Shown here: positions 8,618 through 17,212 of the stretch, piece after piece
How positions within the stretch are numbered: the first letter of the stretch is position 1
How the letters are laid out: each line of letters begins with the position of its first letter
Sequence record: OQ999172.1
Source of the DNA: Listeria phage LIS04
DNA: 40,000 nt
Strand: one strand, 5' to 3'
Made by a program: the position numbers and the translations under genes
The notes under the pieces: generated by a model
What the model was told of the DNA's origin: nothing
What the model saw: only the letters and a program-made list of their open reading frames with translations
The model's database searches: none

Positions 8618-9265
8618 ATGGAAACTAACAAACTTAATAATGTAGACACTAGACCTGACATCGTCAACGATCAAGTAACTAAAGTAGTGAAAGGTATCGC
8701 TAGAAAGTACGGATCAGCTTACGGTATGGATGCTAAAGATATTGAGCAAGAACTGTGGCTCAAGCTACTCGAGGAGAGAGCTAAGTCTTCCAGTGAGAAG
8801 TTACCTCATATGGGAGTAATTGCGACTACTGGATACAATAAAGCTGTTGATATCTACAGAAAAGAACGTAGACGCTGGGATAGTAAAACTGGAATCTTCA
8901 ATGATGACGAAGTTACTCAAGCTCGACTTGATACTACACATCAAAGAAGTACGATGATGGCTATTAATCCTTTCACAGATATTGTTATTCATGCTGAACT
9001 GAAAGATGCTATTGGGACTCTAAAGTCAGGATCTAGAGAAAGAAAGTATATTGTGATGAAAGGCTACGTTAGAGGAGTATTTGACATCGAAGAAGCTATT
9101 GAGCTTGAGCCTTCAGTAGATGCTCAACAGCTTAGGAGTTTACAGGACTCGGAGCATAGACTAGCAAAAGCTTTGAATTTATGTGGAGCTAATAGTGGAG
9201 CTTACCGTACGTTAAAGAAGAACGTTAAAAATGTTATGAAAAACTACTTTGGACCAGCACAATAA
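8618..9265 (+). CDS. phage sigma-factor-like protein (region 2-like)
   Basis: Track ORF begins at 8585; the better start is ATG 8618 after GGAGGT. VTKVVKGIARKYGSAYGMDAKDIEQELWLKLLEER ... NKAVDIYRKERR resembles sigma region 2 of phage/ECF-like sigma factors. Confidence 0.65.
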   Translation: METNKLNNVDTRPDIVNDQVTKVVKGIARKYGSAYGMDAKDIEQELWLKLLEERAKSSSEKLPHMGVIATTGYNKAVDIYRKERRRWDSKTGIFNDDEVTQARLDTTHQRSTMMAINPFTDIVIHAELKDAIGTLKSGSRERKYIVMKGYVRGVFDIEEAIELEPSVDAQQLRSLQDSEHRLAKALNLCGANSGAYRTLKKNVKNVMKNYFGPAQ

Positions 9266-9349
9266 ATCTCAGTTGTCAACATTTAAGAAGAATCTCACAT
9301 CCTTAGAAATTACATCTACATATGTTGACTTAATTAAATTATCATAGCT

Positions 9350-9376
9350 AGGGAGACGTAGAGTCTCCCTTTATTA
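9350..9376 (+). terminator. intrinsic terminator-like hairpin
   Basis: AGGGAGAC-gtaga-GTCTCCCT followed by TTATT. Confidence 0.55.
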
Positions 9377-9385
9377 ATTTAAGGA

Positions 9386-10015
9386 GTGACATACTTGGAA
9401 ATAGATAAATTAATGGCTAAACTTAAAAAGTTTCACGATATAGTCCAGGACTCAGGAGCTAGCGAATCCGAGAAAGATAGTGCTCTAGAATTTATCAGGA
9501 AATTTAAAGAAAAGTACGACTTAGAATTCGACCCTTTGAAATCAGAAGAAGTCAAACAATTCAGTCATAAGTGTAAGGATAGATATGAGAAAAGCTTGCT
9601 GATAAGACTGCTTACTAGAGATAACTTGTCAGCATATACTCTAAAAGGTAAACATAAAAACAGGATATACTTTAAAACTACGCAATCTAATAAAGACTTA
9701 ATACTTAGAGAATTAGACTTTCACTTCAGAATAGTCACAGAAACTTTTGATGTTATGATAGGTGTATACAAGCTTGAGCATCTTCCACTACAAACAGCTA
9801 AGACTGAGAATACTTGTGATGATTGTAAATTTTACAGATCAGGTAAGTGTTTTAACTCACTAAGTCCTTACCATCTTGCAGATACTGAACCTGAGGATCA
9901 GTGTGATTATTACAAGTTTGACTCAAAACTAAACGAGAATGAAGCGTATGCACTTCGTGCAGGTCTAGAAGCATTTTCAGGAAGAGATTTATCAGTTAGG
10001 AAAGGCATTGAGTGA
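9386..10015 (+). CDS. hypothetical protein; N-terminus resembles DUF2786-type helical segment, C-terminus has a 4-Cys cluster
   Basis: TTG start; CDDCKFYRSGKCFNSLSPYHLADTEPEDQCDYY suggests a metal-binding or Fe-S-like cluster. Confidence 0.6.
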   Translation: MTYLEIDKLMAKLKKFHDIVQDSGASESEKDSALEFIRKFKEKYDLEFDPLKSEEVKQFSHKCKDRYEKSLLIRLLTRDNLSAYTLKGKHKNRIYFKTTQSNKDLILRELDFHFRIVTETFDVMIGVYKLEHLPLQTAKTENTCDDCKFYRSGKCFNSLSPYHLADTEPEDQCDYYKFDSKLNENEAYALRAGLEAFSGRDLSVRKGIE

Positions 10016-10104
10016 GGTTGCTCGGTATGCTCAAGTGCTCCTGAAGGCTTAGTACGTTAGAGTCCTAAGTTTAACTTTAATCTAAGTATGAGGAGGATCA
10101 GATA

Positions 10105-10863
10105 ATGATCAAGAGAGTACAAGAAGTAACTCAATCTAGTAATGTTTCAGGATTTAAGCTAGACCAAGAAGTTGGTCAACAGATGACTACAGGATTAGCA
10201 AGGTACGAAGATCGTAATCAAGAATTTATTTGGAAATTTGAATCAGGTGAAGATGCTCAAAGATTTATTGAAGCAGTAGCAATGGCTCATCCAGAGGTAG
10301 AATTATATGGACCTTATGAGCCTAGAATTCCTAATCCTGAAGCTTTAGGTAAGTTTTTAGTTACTCTTATTGTACCTGCTACTGAAGCTAAGGCTGAAGA
10401 GCTTGATAAGTTGATTATCGATATGTTTAAAACAACTAATAATAGAGTAGCTCGCAGAACTGAAGAAGCCTTCAGCTTTAAAAAGTTGCTCAGCGAGTCT
10501 GCTGAGGAGGTAGCTGTACCTGCATCTTACTTAAATTTTATTGTAGAGCCAGCAGTCCTTGATGATTTATTCCAAGACTTAGTTACTCTAGTTAATGATC
10601 ACAATATTAAGTCCCAAGTAACTCTCAATAAGTCAACTCAAATTAAGTCTGAGCACCAGAATACTCAGATTGAAATTTTATTCGTTGATAATTATTTGAG
10701 ATTCAATGAATTCGAAGAAGCTAAAGACTTTTTAGGATCACTTAACGCTGTACTATCTAAGCATAGTGCTCTGACGAACGGAAGAACTTCAGTTCGTGCT
10801 ACGATTACTGCTAATTATAGCGAAATCGGAGAGTTATCTGTTCGAATGCAACTAATCAATTGA
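10105..10863 (+). CDS. hypothetical protein
   Basis: ORF track; GAGGAGG RBS; 252 aa. Confidence 0.7.
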   Translation: MIKRVQEVTQSSNVSGFKLDQEVGQQMTTGLARYEDRNQEFIWKFESGEDAQRFIEAVAMAHPEVELYGPYEPRIPNPEALGKFLVTLIVPATEAKAEELDKLIIDMFKTTNNRVARRTEEAFSFKKLLSESAEEVAVPASYLNFIVEPAVLDDLFQDLVTLVNDHNIKSQVTLNKSTQIKSEHQNTQIEILFVDNYLRFNEFEEAKDFLGSLNAVLSKHSALTNGRTSVRATITANYSEIGELSVRMQLIN

Positions 10864-10891
10864 TCAATAAATTACTCTAGGAGGGCACATT

Positions 10892-11539
10892 ATGAGTAAC
10901 GAAATGGTGCAGAGTCAAATCACAGACTTGCTTAATAAGTCAGAAGAAGCTCGTCTACGTAAGCTAGAAGAGGACAAGAAGACATTAGATCCCTCGATGC
11001 ACAATATGATGGAAATGGCATCTAAAGCATCGACTAATGAAGGCATCAATCCGAGTGAGGTAGCTATGTTGCTATCTCCTAATAACGTGGATAATATGAA
11101 GGGTTTCTTAGTAGTTTTAGCTCGTAATGAGTTAACTCGAGTAGTTCGACTTATCGACTCTATGAATAAGCTTGACGATCGACTAATGCAGATCGTGAAT
11201 GATGACTCTAAAGACATGGATCCAGGACAAATTGCTTATATCATGCGTACTTTACAAGCCAGTCTTGATAAAGCAATGGCTCTGATTAATAAAGTTACTG
11301 AAGATGGTCAGCTTAATCAGTACGTTATCAATGCGACTATTAATAACACTCAGAATAATGTCGAACTTAATGACTCGAAAGTTGCTCTTCTACTCCAGGA
11401 TGAGTCTAGTCGAGATAAAATCCGTACTCTAGCTTCAGGATTGCTACAAGGTCTTAAAGATCCTACGATCTATAAACAGAAGACTACTCAAGAATATCAA
11501 GAAGAACTTCAAGAACGGGATCGACTAAACTTCGACTAG
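10892..11539 (+). CDS. hypothetical alpha-helical protein
   Basis: ORF track; TAGGAGGG RBS; 215 aa. Confidence 0.7.
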   Translation: MSNEMVQSQITDLLNKSEEARLRKLEEDKKTLDPSMHNMMEMASKASTNEGINPSEVAMLLSPNNVDNMKGFLVVLARNELTRVVRLIDSMNKLDDRLMQIVNDDSKDMDPGQIAYIMRTLQASLDKAMALINKVTEDGQLNQYVINATINNTQNNVELNDSKVALLLQDESSRDKIRTLASGLLQGLKDPTIYKQKTTQEYQEELQERDRLNFD

Positions 11540-11580
11540 ACTCCTCCTCCGAGTAAGATACGTATTCAGGAGGTAGTCGC

Positions 11581-11892
11581 ATGGAAAGCATCCTAAATGA
11601 AATCATAATTGTACCTAAAGGCGGAGGTACTGTTTATGTCAATGAAGTAGTTGAAATTAACAACTCTCATTATGCAGTCTGTACTCCACTAGTCCACACG
11701 GACTCTGAACAGGTCAAACAAGAGATTTCTCGTATAAAAGAACACTATGGTGATCTAACAGTGATCTATATTTACAAGGTATACAAAGATCAGTCTGAGT
11801 CAATCGTATTTGAGAATCCTCGAACTGAGGATTTGCATGAGCTTATAGCTAAAATAAAAGAAATGGATTTTCTAGGAGAGACAACTGTTTAG
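11581..11892 (+). CDS. hypothetical protein
   Basis: ORF track; CAGGAGGTAG RBS. Confidence 0.7.
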   Translation: MESILNEIIIVPKGGGTVYVNEVVEINNSHYAVCTPLVHTDSEQVKQEISRIKEHYGDLTVIYIYKVYKDQSESIVFENPRTEDLHELIAKIKEMDFLGETTV

Positions 11893-11928
11893 TTGTCTTT
11901 CTTACTTCTTAACTGGAGGTAGTTATAG

Positions 11929-13041
11929 ATGACTACTATATTTGAATCCAACTTAGTGTATCAAATGACTGGAGTTGGATATCTTGTAGAGATAACTCAC
12001 GACTCAATAGATAATCGTACTTCAACTTATATAGTAATTGAGGATAATACGAAAGTAGCTTACGAAGTGGAGTCTAGAGTTGCAGGTTACACCGTACTGG
12101 AATCTAAATTTGACTGCACTGAGAATCTCATACCAATTAAACACTCAATTCAGATTAAATTAAATGAAAATGATAGTATAACAACTACTGCAGCTGATAC
12201 TCAAGACTACCGAGATCAATATGGAATTGAAAGTATTGATACACTTAGATCACTGACTACAGAAGTCAGAGAGAAGTACGATGGAGATTATGCAGATGTA
12301 GCAGTTAAGATAGCAACAATCATACTATCAGATACTGATAGTGATGGTGTACTTCATGGAGAGTCTGATGTTACAATGAGCTCTGGAGATATTGCTAAGT
12401 GGGCACTAGTTTCTGTAATCAATGACGTATACGAAGTATGTCCTGAAGTTGTATCTGATATTCACACTCCTTTCGTATGTATGCTATACTCTGGATTCTT
12501 AGTTATGGACTCTAATAAAAACATACTGAAGTACTTACCTTACTCAAGTAGTGACGAAATCGATATGCTCAAAATCCTAGACAAAGATACTGTAGAAGTG
12601 ATCTTAGGAGATTATCCTCACCAGACTAACACTGATAAGGAACTAGTGAATTTAGCGATTAAAGTGGCTATAGACCTATTCAGTAAGGCAGATGAGCTCG
12701 ACTCCAAGTATGAAACTGATCTTATCATGTACAAAGATCATCAGTTGATTAAAGATTTCCTAAGTCTACACGCTGATACACTGGCTGAAATAGATATTGG
12801 AGGATTTGAAAAATTCTTACGGAGTCTAAGACTTAGTGGTGTTATCGAGTTTTGGAGTCCTAAAGATCTAGATACTAGAGGACTCTTAGAGTCTAAGTCT
12901 TGCTATGAGTCAGTCGAATTATTTGAAGTGAATTACACTCCTTCAGGTACTTTGATCAAAGTTAAGTTCACTTCAGGTAGTCCTACTAACGTTAGCTATA
13001 ACGTATTGAGATCTATCTATTCTTCTATAGTGTCATCCTAA
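11929..13041 (+). CDS. hypothetical protein
   Basis: ORF track; 370 aa; GGAGGTAG RBS. Confidence 0.7.
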   Translation: MTTIFESNLVYQMTGVGYLVEITHDSIDNRTSTYIVIEDNTKVAYEVESRVAGYTVLESKFDCTENLIPIKHSIQIKLNENDSITTTAADTQDYRDQYGIESIDTLRSLTTEVREKYDGDYADVAVKIATIILSDTDSDGVLHGESDVTMSSGDIAKWALVSVINDVYEVCPEVVSDIHTPFVCMLYSGFLVMDSNKNILKYLPYSSSDEIDMLKILDKDTVEVILGDYPHQTNTDKELVNLAIKVAIDLFSKADELDSKYETDLIMYKDHQLIKDFLSLHADTLAEIDIGGFEKFLRSLRLSGVIEFWSPKDLDTRGLLESKSCYESVELFEVNYTPSGTLIKVKFTSGSPTNVSYNVLRSIYSSIVSS

Positions 13042-13071
13042 GATTGTACATCTAAGTACAATCTTTTTTTT
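13040..13071 (+). terminator. strong intrinsic terminator
   Basis: AAGATTGTAC-atctaa-GTACAATCTT followed by T-run. Confidence 0.9.
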
Positions 13072-13101
13072 AGTTATTTTTATTTATTTACCAAATAAGT
13101 G

Positions 13102-13130
13102 TTGCCTAATTCGACCGTTTAGTGTATAAT
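13102..13130 (+). promoter_or_regulatory. sigma-A/sigma-70-type promoter
   Basis: TTGCCT (13102-13107), 17-bp spacer, TATAAT (13125-13130). Confidence 0.7.
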
Positions 13131-13175
13131 ATTAGTAGAGAGGTTAAAACGAATTCGAGAATAACCTCTAAGTTG

Positions 13176-13210
13176 GCTCGATTCGAACTGACTACACGTT
13201 TATAGTTGTG
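13176..13210 (+). promoter_or_regulatory. bipartite promoter-like element
   Basis: GCTCGATT ... ACACGTTTATAGTTGTG, standard spacing. Confidence 0.75.
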
Positions 13211-13264
13211 TAATCAAGTTGGCTCCGTGACAACTTAGAATATGAAATCAAGGAGGAGTTTAAT

Positions 13265-13525
13265 TTGGCACTACTTAAACAAGAACAAACTAACAAAACA
13301 TCAGTTCGACCGCACCTTACTTTAGTATCTCCTGCTAAGACGGTACGAACTGCAAGAAAGTCATTCTCTATCAAAACTTACATTATGAGTTACTTGGATT
13401 CTTGGGCAGCGAGAATCTCTCAAAAGACATTCAATCGCATCATGTTGGCTCTCTTCGGTATTCTGATTACTGGAGCTATACTGACTGCAGGATACATCGA
13501 AACTATAGATATTTCCAAATTATAG
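13265..13525 (+). CDS. small membrane-anchored hypothetical protein (C-terminal TM segment)
   Basis: TTG start after AAGGAGG; LALFGILITGAILTAGYI hydrophobic segment. Confidence 0.7.
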   Translation: MALLKQEQTNKTSVRPHLTLVSPAKTVRTARKSFSIKTYIMSYLDSWAARISQKTFNRIMLALFGILITGAILTAGYIETIDISKL

Positions 13526-13537
13526 GAGGTTGTTAAA

Positions 13538-14275
13538 TTGGATACAGTAAACACTGATTTCTTACAAGTAGGTATGGTAGTTCTTGAAGGATCTGAATTT
13601 GAGACTTACGTATCAGCTAAGTCCGCTCAAAGAGAAGGAGTTACTCCTCGACCATTTATCCTTCAAGAAGACAAACAAAGATTTCTTAATAAAGAAGCTA
13701 AAGAAACTTTCTTAGAAAGTCACTACAACTCAGATGTTCCGCTTCATCTAGAGAACTTGTCTAGAGTAAAAACAACTGATGAAGAGTTCAATGATACTTT
13801 GGATAAATTAACAGTGATCTCAACTGAATCTAACAATTCTCTGGACTCTGAAGTTGTTAGAGCTGACGAGGATCTTAAATCGGATCAGAAAAAGATAGAA
13901 ACTCCTATTGCAGCAGTAGTGAGTCATCCGGAGTCTCCATTCAATTTAAGTACAGCTATTGAGCAAGCTCGTAAGGTAGCTGGAAAACTTCCTACTAACT
14001 GTATCTTGATTAAAGAGTACGATCGAGTAGAACGTGAATACTCAGGTAATGAGCAAGCCTATTATGAAGCAGGTAACAAGAAAAGTCATCGTCATCAGTG
14101 GGAAATTCTTAAAATTAGTGACGGCAAGGAAGAGAATGGAGTTCAGATCGGTGAGTTGAAGAAATTATGGTTTAAGCAAAGTGCTGCTTTGAATGAGGGT
14201 CACCGACTATACCCTGACTTACCTATCTTCAAGTACAGAAAAGGAAAACTTAAGAAAGTAAATAAGGTCAAGTAA
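13538..14275 (+). CDS. hypothetical protein
   Basis: ORF track; TTG start after TAGGAGG; 245 aa. Confidence 0.7.
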   Translation: MDTVNTDFLQVGMVVLEGSEFETYVSAKSAQREGVTPRPFILQEDKQRFLNKEAKETFLESHYNSDVPLHLENLSRVKTTDEEFNDTLDKLTVISTESNNSLDSEVVRADEDLKSDQKKIETPIAAVVSHPESPFNLSTAIEQARKVAGKLPTNCILIKEYDRVEREYSGNEQAYYEAGNKKSHRHQWEILKISDGKEENGVQIGELKKLWFKQSAALNEGHRLYPDLPIFKYRKGKLKKVNKVK

Positions 14276-14293
14276 TAAACTTACTTGACCTTA
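14263..14293. repeat. 13-bp perfect inverted repeat TAAGGTCAAGTAA / TTACTTGACCTTA with 5-nt loop, straddling a stop codon
   Basis: Direct reading; no U-tract follows. Confidence 0.75.
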
Positions 14294-14312
14294 GTAAGGA
14301 GAACTTTACATC

Positions 14313-15368
14313 ATGAATTACTCTAGGATAAAAGATATCATAAATTGCAATGCTGATGTAGGTAAGTGCTGGGAGGTTCAGCTAACTTCACCAGTAATCC
14401 AACATTATTGGAATGGAATGACTTATAATTATATAACTTCTCAAGTCCATCCAGGAGTCGAAGTTGTGGAGAGTAAGATTAATAGAAGACGTACTTCAGT
14501 TAAAGTAAGCAAGGATTTACTGAATTTAGAAGCTCGAGACACTGAGATACCTACTATTAGTCAGATCACTCGATACGATGTAGACTTAGTAATGGACTTC
14601 TCTCACTGGACTCTACTTAATAATGATGAACCTACTCTCCAGTACTTAAAAAGTTTAGGAGTTACTGAAGATGATATCGTTAAGCACCGACTAGGATCTT
14701 CCTCAGTGCTAGATGAAAGCAATAAACACTTATTTGGAGCAAAGATCCATCCCATGATCGAGAAGTTAGTAGGTACCTCCTCCTCTACCTCCGGAGTTAT
14801 AGTTCCAGTTAGTGCTAAAAATAATAATTATAGTTATCACTATCTTAATACTTCTACTCCTAAAATACTGAAGTGGTCTAGTACAGTACCTATGGCTATC
14901 GTCGACAACTGGGAGACTGCTCAGAGTTATGATAAAATTATATTAGTTGAAGATTCTATAGAACGTATAAAGCTTCAACGTCAACTAGGTTATGATGGAA
15001 TTATTTCTATCAATAACTCAATACCAAGCTTAATACAAGTAGCTCTTATAGCTAAATTAATTCTAGAAGGAAGATCATTAGTCACTATAGCTCACAATGA
15101 TGTCCCAGGACTTCACTGTTCATTTTTACTATCTAATTATCTCAACTTAGTCAGTCAAGAAGTTAAATCCATAATACTAAATGATACTAGCATGACAATT
15201 TCAGAGTCACTAACTGGTGTTGATATTGAGACTATATTAAACGAACCGAGTTGGGATGAAGATGACTTACTAGCTAGGCTTAATTATCTGATTAAACTAG
15301 CTCCTTTAAGCATTGAGATTGGTCAGGATTACAAGGTCAACTGGTCTAATCCTATATCTCTAAAATAA
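14313..15368 (+). CDS. hypothetical protein, weak TOPRIM-like segment
   Basis: YDKIILVEDSIERIKLQRQLGYDGIISINN ... GRSLVTIAHNDVPGLHCSFLLSNYL is reminiscent of TOPRIM (E ... DxD..G) but is degenerate. Confidence 0.65.
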   Translation: MNYSRIKDIINCNADVGKCWEVQLTSPVIQHYWNGMTYNYITSQVHPGVEVVESKINRRRTSVKVSKDLLNLEARDTEIPTISQITRYDVDLVMDFSHWTLLNNDEPTLQYLKSLGVTEDDIVKHRLGSSSVLDESNKHLFGAKIHPMIEKLVGTSSSTSGVIVPVSAKNNNYSYHYLNTSTPKILKWSSTVPMAIVDNWETAQSYDKIILVEDSIERIKLQRQLGYDGIISINNSIPSLIQVALIAKLILEGRSLVTIAHNDVPGLHCSFLLSNYLNLVSQEVKSIILNDTSMTISESLTGVDIETILNEPSWDEDDLLARLNYLIKLAPLSIEIGQDYKVNWSNPISLK

Positions 15369-15400
15369 TAAGAATTAGCTTAATATGTGATGCAAGGCTT

Positions 15401-15431
15401 AAACTCCAGGAGTTCTTGGAGTTTTTTTTTG
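15401..15431 (+). terminator. intrinsic terminator
   Basis: AAACTCCA-ggagttct-TGGAGTTT followed by T-run. Confidence 0.85.
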
Positions 15432-15510
15432 TAGGTCAATTTGATCACTATCTATCTGAAGTAGTGCTTCTACTAATCATGCAATATTAGTAGAGAGGTA
15501 GGAGGTCATT

Positions 15511-15753
15511 TTGAATGAAGAACATTCAAATAATGAATTATGTGAATTTGATCAGAAAATTGTAAGTATTTGCTCACATTTAGTACGACATCGTTCGACA
15601 CTAAGACTAACAGCCTATAAGTACAACGTGAGTTCTAGTACAGTTAGGCGGTATGTAACTGTCCACTTAGAAAGGCTGGATCCTGAGTTGTATGGAGAAG
15701 CTATTAAATTACTTAAGTTGAATTCAATTGATCGAGGAACTCCTAAAGGATAA
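15511..15753 (+). CDS. SpoIIID-like helix-turn-helix transcriptional regulator
   Basis: LRLTAYKYNVSSSTVRRYVTVHLERLDPELYGEAIKLL...RGTPKG parallels the SpoIIID HTH pattern (RxIAKEFGVSKSTVHKDLTERLPEINPxLAxEVKxIL...RGGxAT); TTG start after GTAGGAGG. Confidence 0.7.
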   Translation: MNEEHSNNELCEFDQKIVSICSHLVRHRSTLRLTAYKYNVSSSTVRRYVTVHLERLDPELYGEAIKLLKLNSIDRGTPKG

Positions 15754-15782
15754 GGTGCATATATTGCACCTTATTTTTTATT
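15751..15782 (+). terminator. intrinsic terminator
   Basis: TAAGGTGCA-tatat-TGCACCTTA followed by TTTTTTATTTT. Confidence 0.85.
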
Positions 15783-15786
15783 TTAG

Positions 15787-15822
15787 GCTCTATTTGAAGT
15801 TCTTACACGTCTATAGCTTTGA
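15787..15822 (+). promoter_or_regulatory. bipartite promoter-like element
   Basis: GCTCTATT ... ACACGTCTATAGCTTTG, standard spacing. Confidence 0.7.
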
Positions 15823-15863
15823 GAGCAGTAGGCTCTCGACTACCTTGAAAGGAGTGAAGTTAT

Positions 15864-16067
15864 TTGCCTAAAGATACTAAGAAGAAAGTCCAGGTATTCA
15901 CAGGGACTGTAGAGAGACAAAGTATAGACTCGACTCTAGTAAGAAGAACTCCTATTACTTTAGGAGATGTTAAGCTAGATCACGGACGACCTCAGTGGCT
16001 AACAGATCTATTGTTCAATAGATTCGCTAATTCTAAGGTTAAGATAACTATCGAAGTTTTGGAATAG
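15864..16067 (+). CDS. small hypothetical protein
   Basis: TTG start after AAAGGAGTG; 67 aa. Confidence 0.6.
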   Translation: MPKDTKKKVQVFTGTVERQSIDSTLVRRTPITLGDVKLDHGRPQWLTDLLFNRFANSKVKITIEVLE

Positions 16068-16147
16068 AGTACTCTAGATAATCAATATCACACTAAAGAA
16101 TCTCTAACATACAACTAGACTAACACATACTAAGGAGAGATTTTATA

Positions 16148-17194
16148 TTGACTACACCTAAGAATAATACATCAGACTACAGAAACCTTGCACGTAAGGA
16201 CTTGAAGGAGTACATCGGAGAAGGACTTAAATCTACAGGATTTAACTTGAATGTCCTTAACATCCTTAGAACTTTCATCGAAGATAAATATTCAACTGTC
16301 TATATCCCTTCTAATTACAAAAGAGGTACTAGCAAGAGAATAGACGAGAAAGTTCATCATGGTCAGAAAAGTGCTCCTACAGTAGTTGAAATTGACGATT
16401 TTGTATCTCACTCTTCAAGATTCAACTTCTCAGTACGAGGACTTAAGGAAGTGCAGGTAGAAAAAGAAGATGGTAGTTTACTACCTGTGAAAGTATTCAG
16501 ATCTTATAACATAATTCGTGACGGAGAGTTAGTTATAGACGAGTTAGAAGCTAAGCTAAGCTACTCAACTTACACTATCTTAGTCGCAGCTGGATTAGTC
16601 TACGATCAAGTAGGAAGACAAGTTAGTGAACTACATCCTTATCACGAGGATTATGTATATACTGTGAGTCTTAAGGGTATTAAGTTAGTGTCACCTCAGT
16701 GGGCTAAACCTAATCATATTAAGTTATACGATCTGATGCAGCTAGAGTCTTACATTAGTGATCGAGTTAAATTACTATCTAAGCTCGCTAAAGACAGAAG
16801 GATCGGTGCACCTTCAAATGATCAAATTTATCGAGAAACTCCAAGTGTATCTCAAGAAGAAACTCGTGAGTCTAAAGAAGTGGAGTGCATCGAGTACAAA
16901 CTTAAAGGATCCTCAGTTGAGAAGCCTTCAGTAGACGAAAGTTTATCAGATGATCAGCTACTCGAGCAATTAGTCTCTGATCGGAAGTACAAGAATTACT
17001 TGAGATTCATTATCCGATCAGTTATTTTCGCTATAGAGTCTTCAGCTAAGAAAGGATCTTACAACTGGTCAGATGAGTTACCTGTACCAAGAAGTAAGTC
17101 TAAATCATATAAACATACTACTGTAACTGATAGCACAGGATCCGAGTTAGTGCTGAAGCGCTATACATGGTTTGAAAGTGTACCAGTTTCGTAA
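16148..17194 (+). CDS. hypothetical protein
   Basis: TTG start; 348 aa. Confidence 0.7.
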   Translation: MTTPKNNTSDYRNLARKDLKEYIGEGLKSTGFNLNVLNILRTFIEDKYSTVYIPSNYKRGTSKRIDEKVHHGQKSAPTVVEIDDFVSHSSRFNFSVRGLKEVQVEKEDGSLLPVKVFRSYNIIRDGELVIDELEAKLSYSTYTILVAAGLVYDQVGRQVSELHPYHEDYVYTVSLKGIKLVSPQWAKPNHIKLYDLMQLESYISDRVKLLSKLAKDRRIGAPSNDQIYRETPSVSQEETRESKEVECIEYKLKGSSVEKPSVDESLSDDQLLEQLVSDRKYKNYLRFIIRSVIFAIESSAKKGSYNWSDELPVPRSKSKSYKHTTVTDSTGSELVLKRYTWFESVPVS

Positions 17195-17212
17195 TATTCA
17201 GGAGGTTCACTA

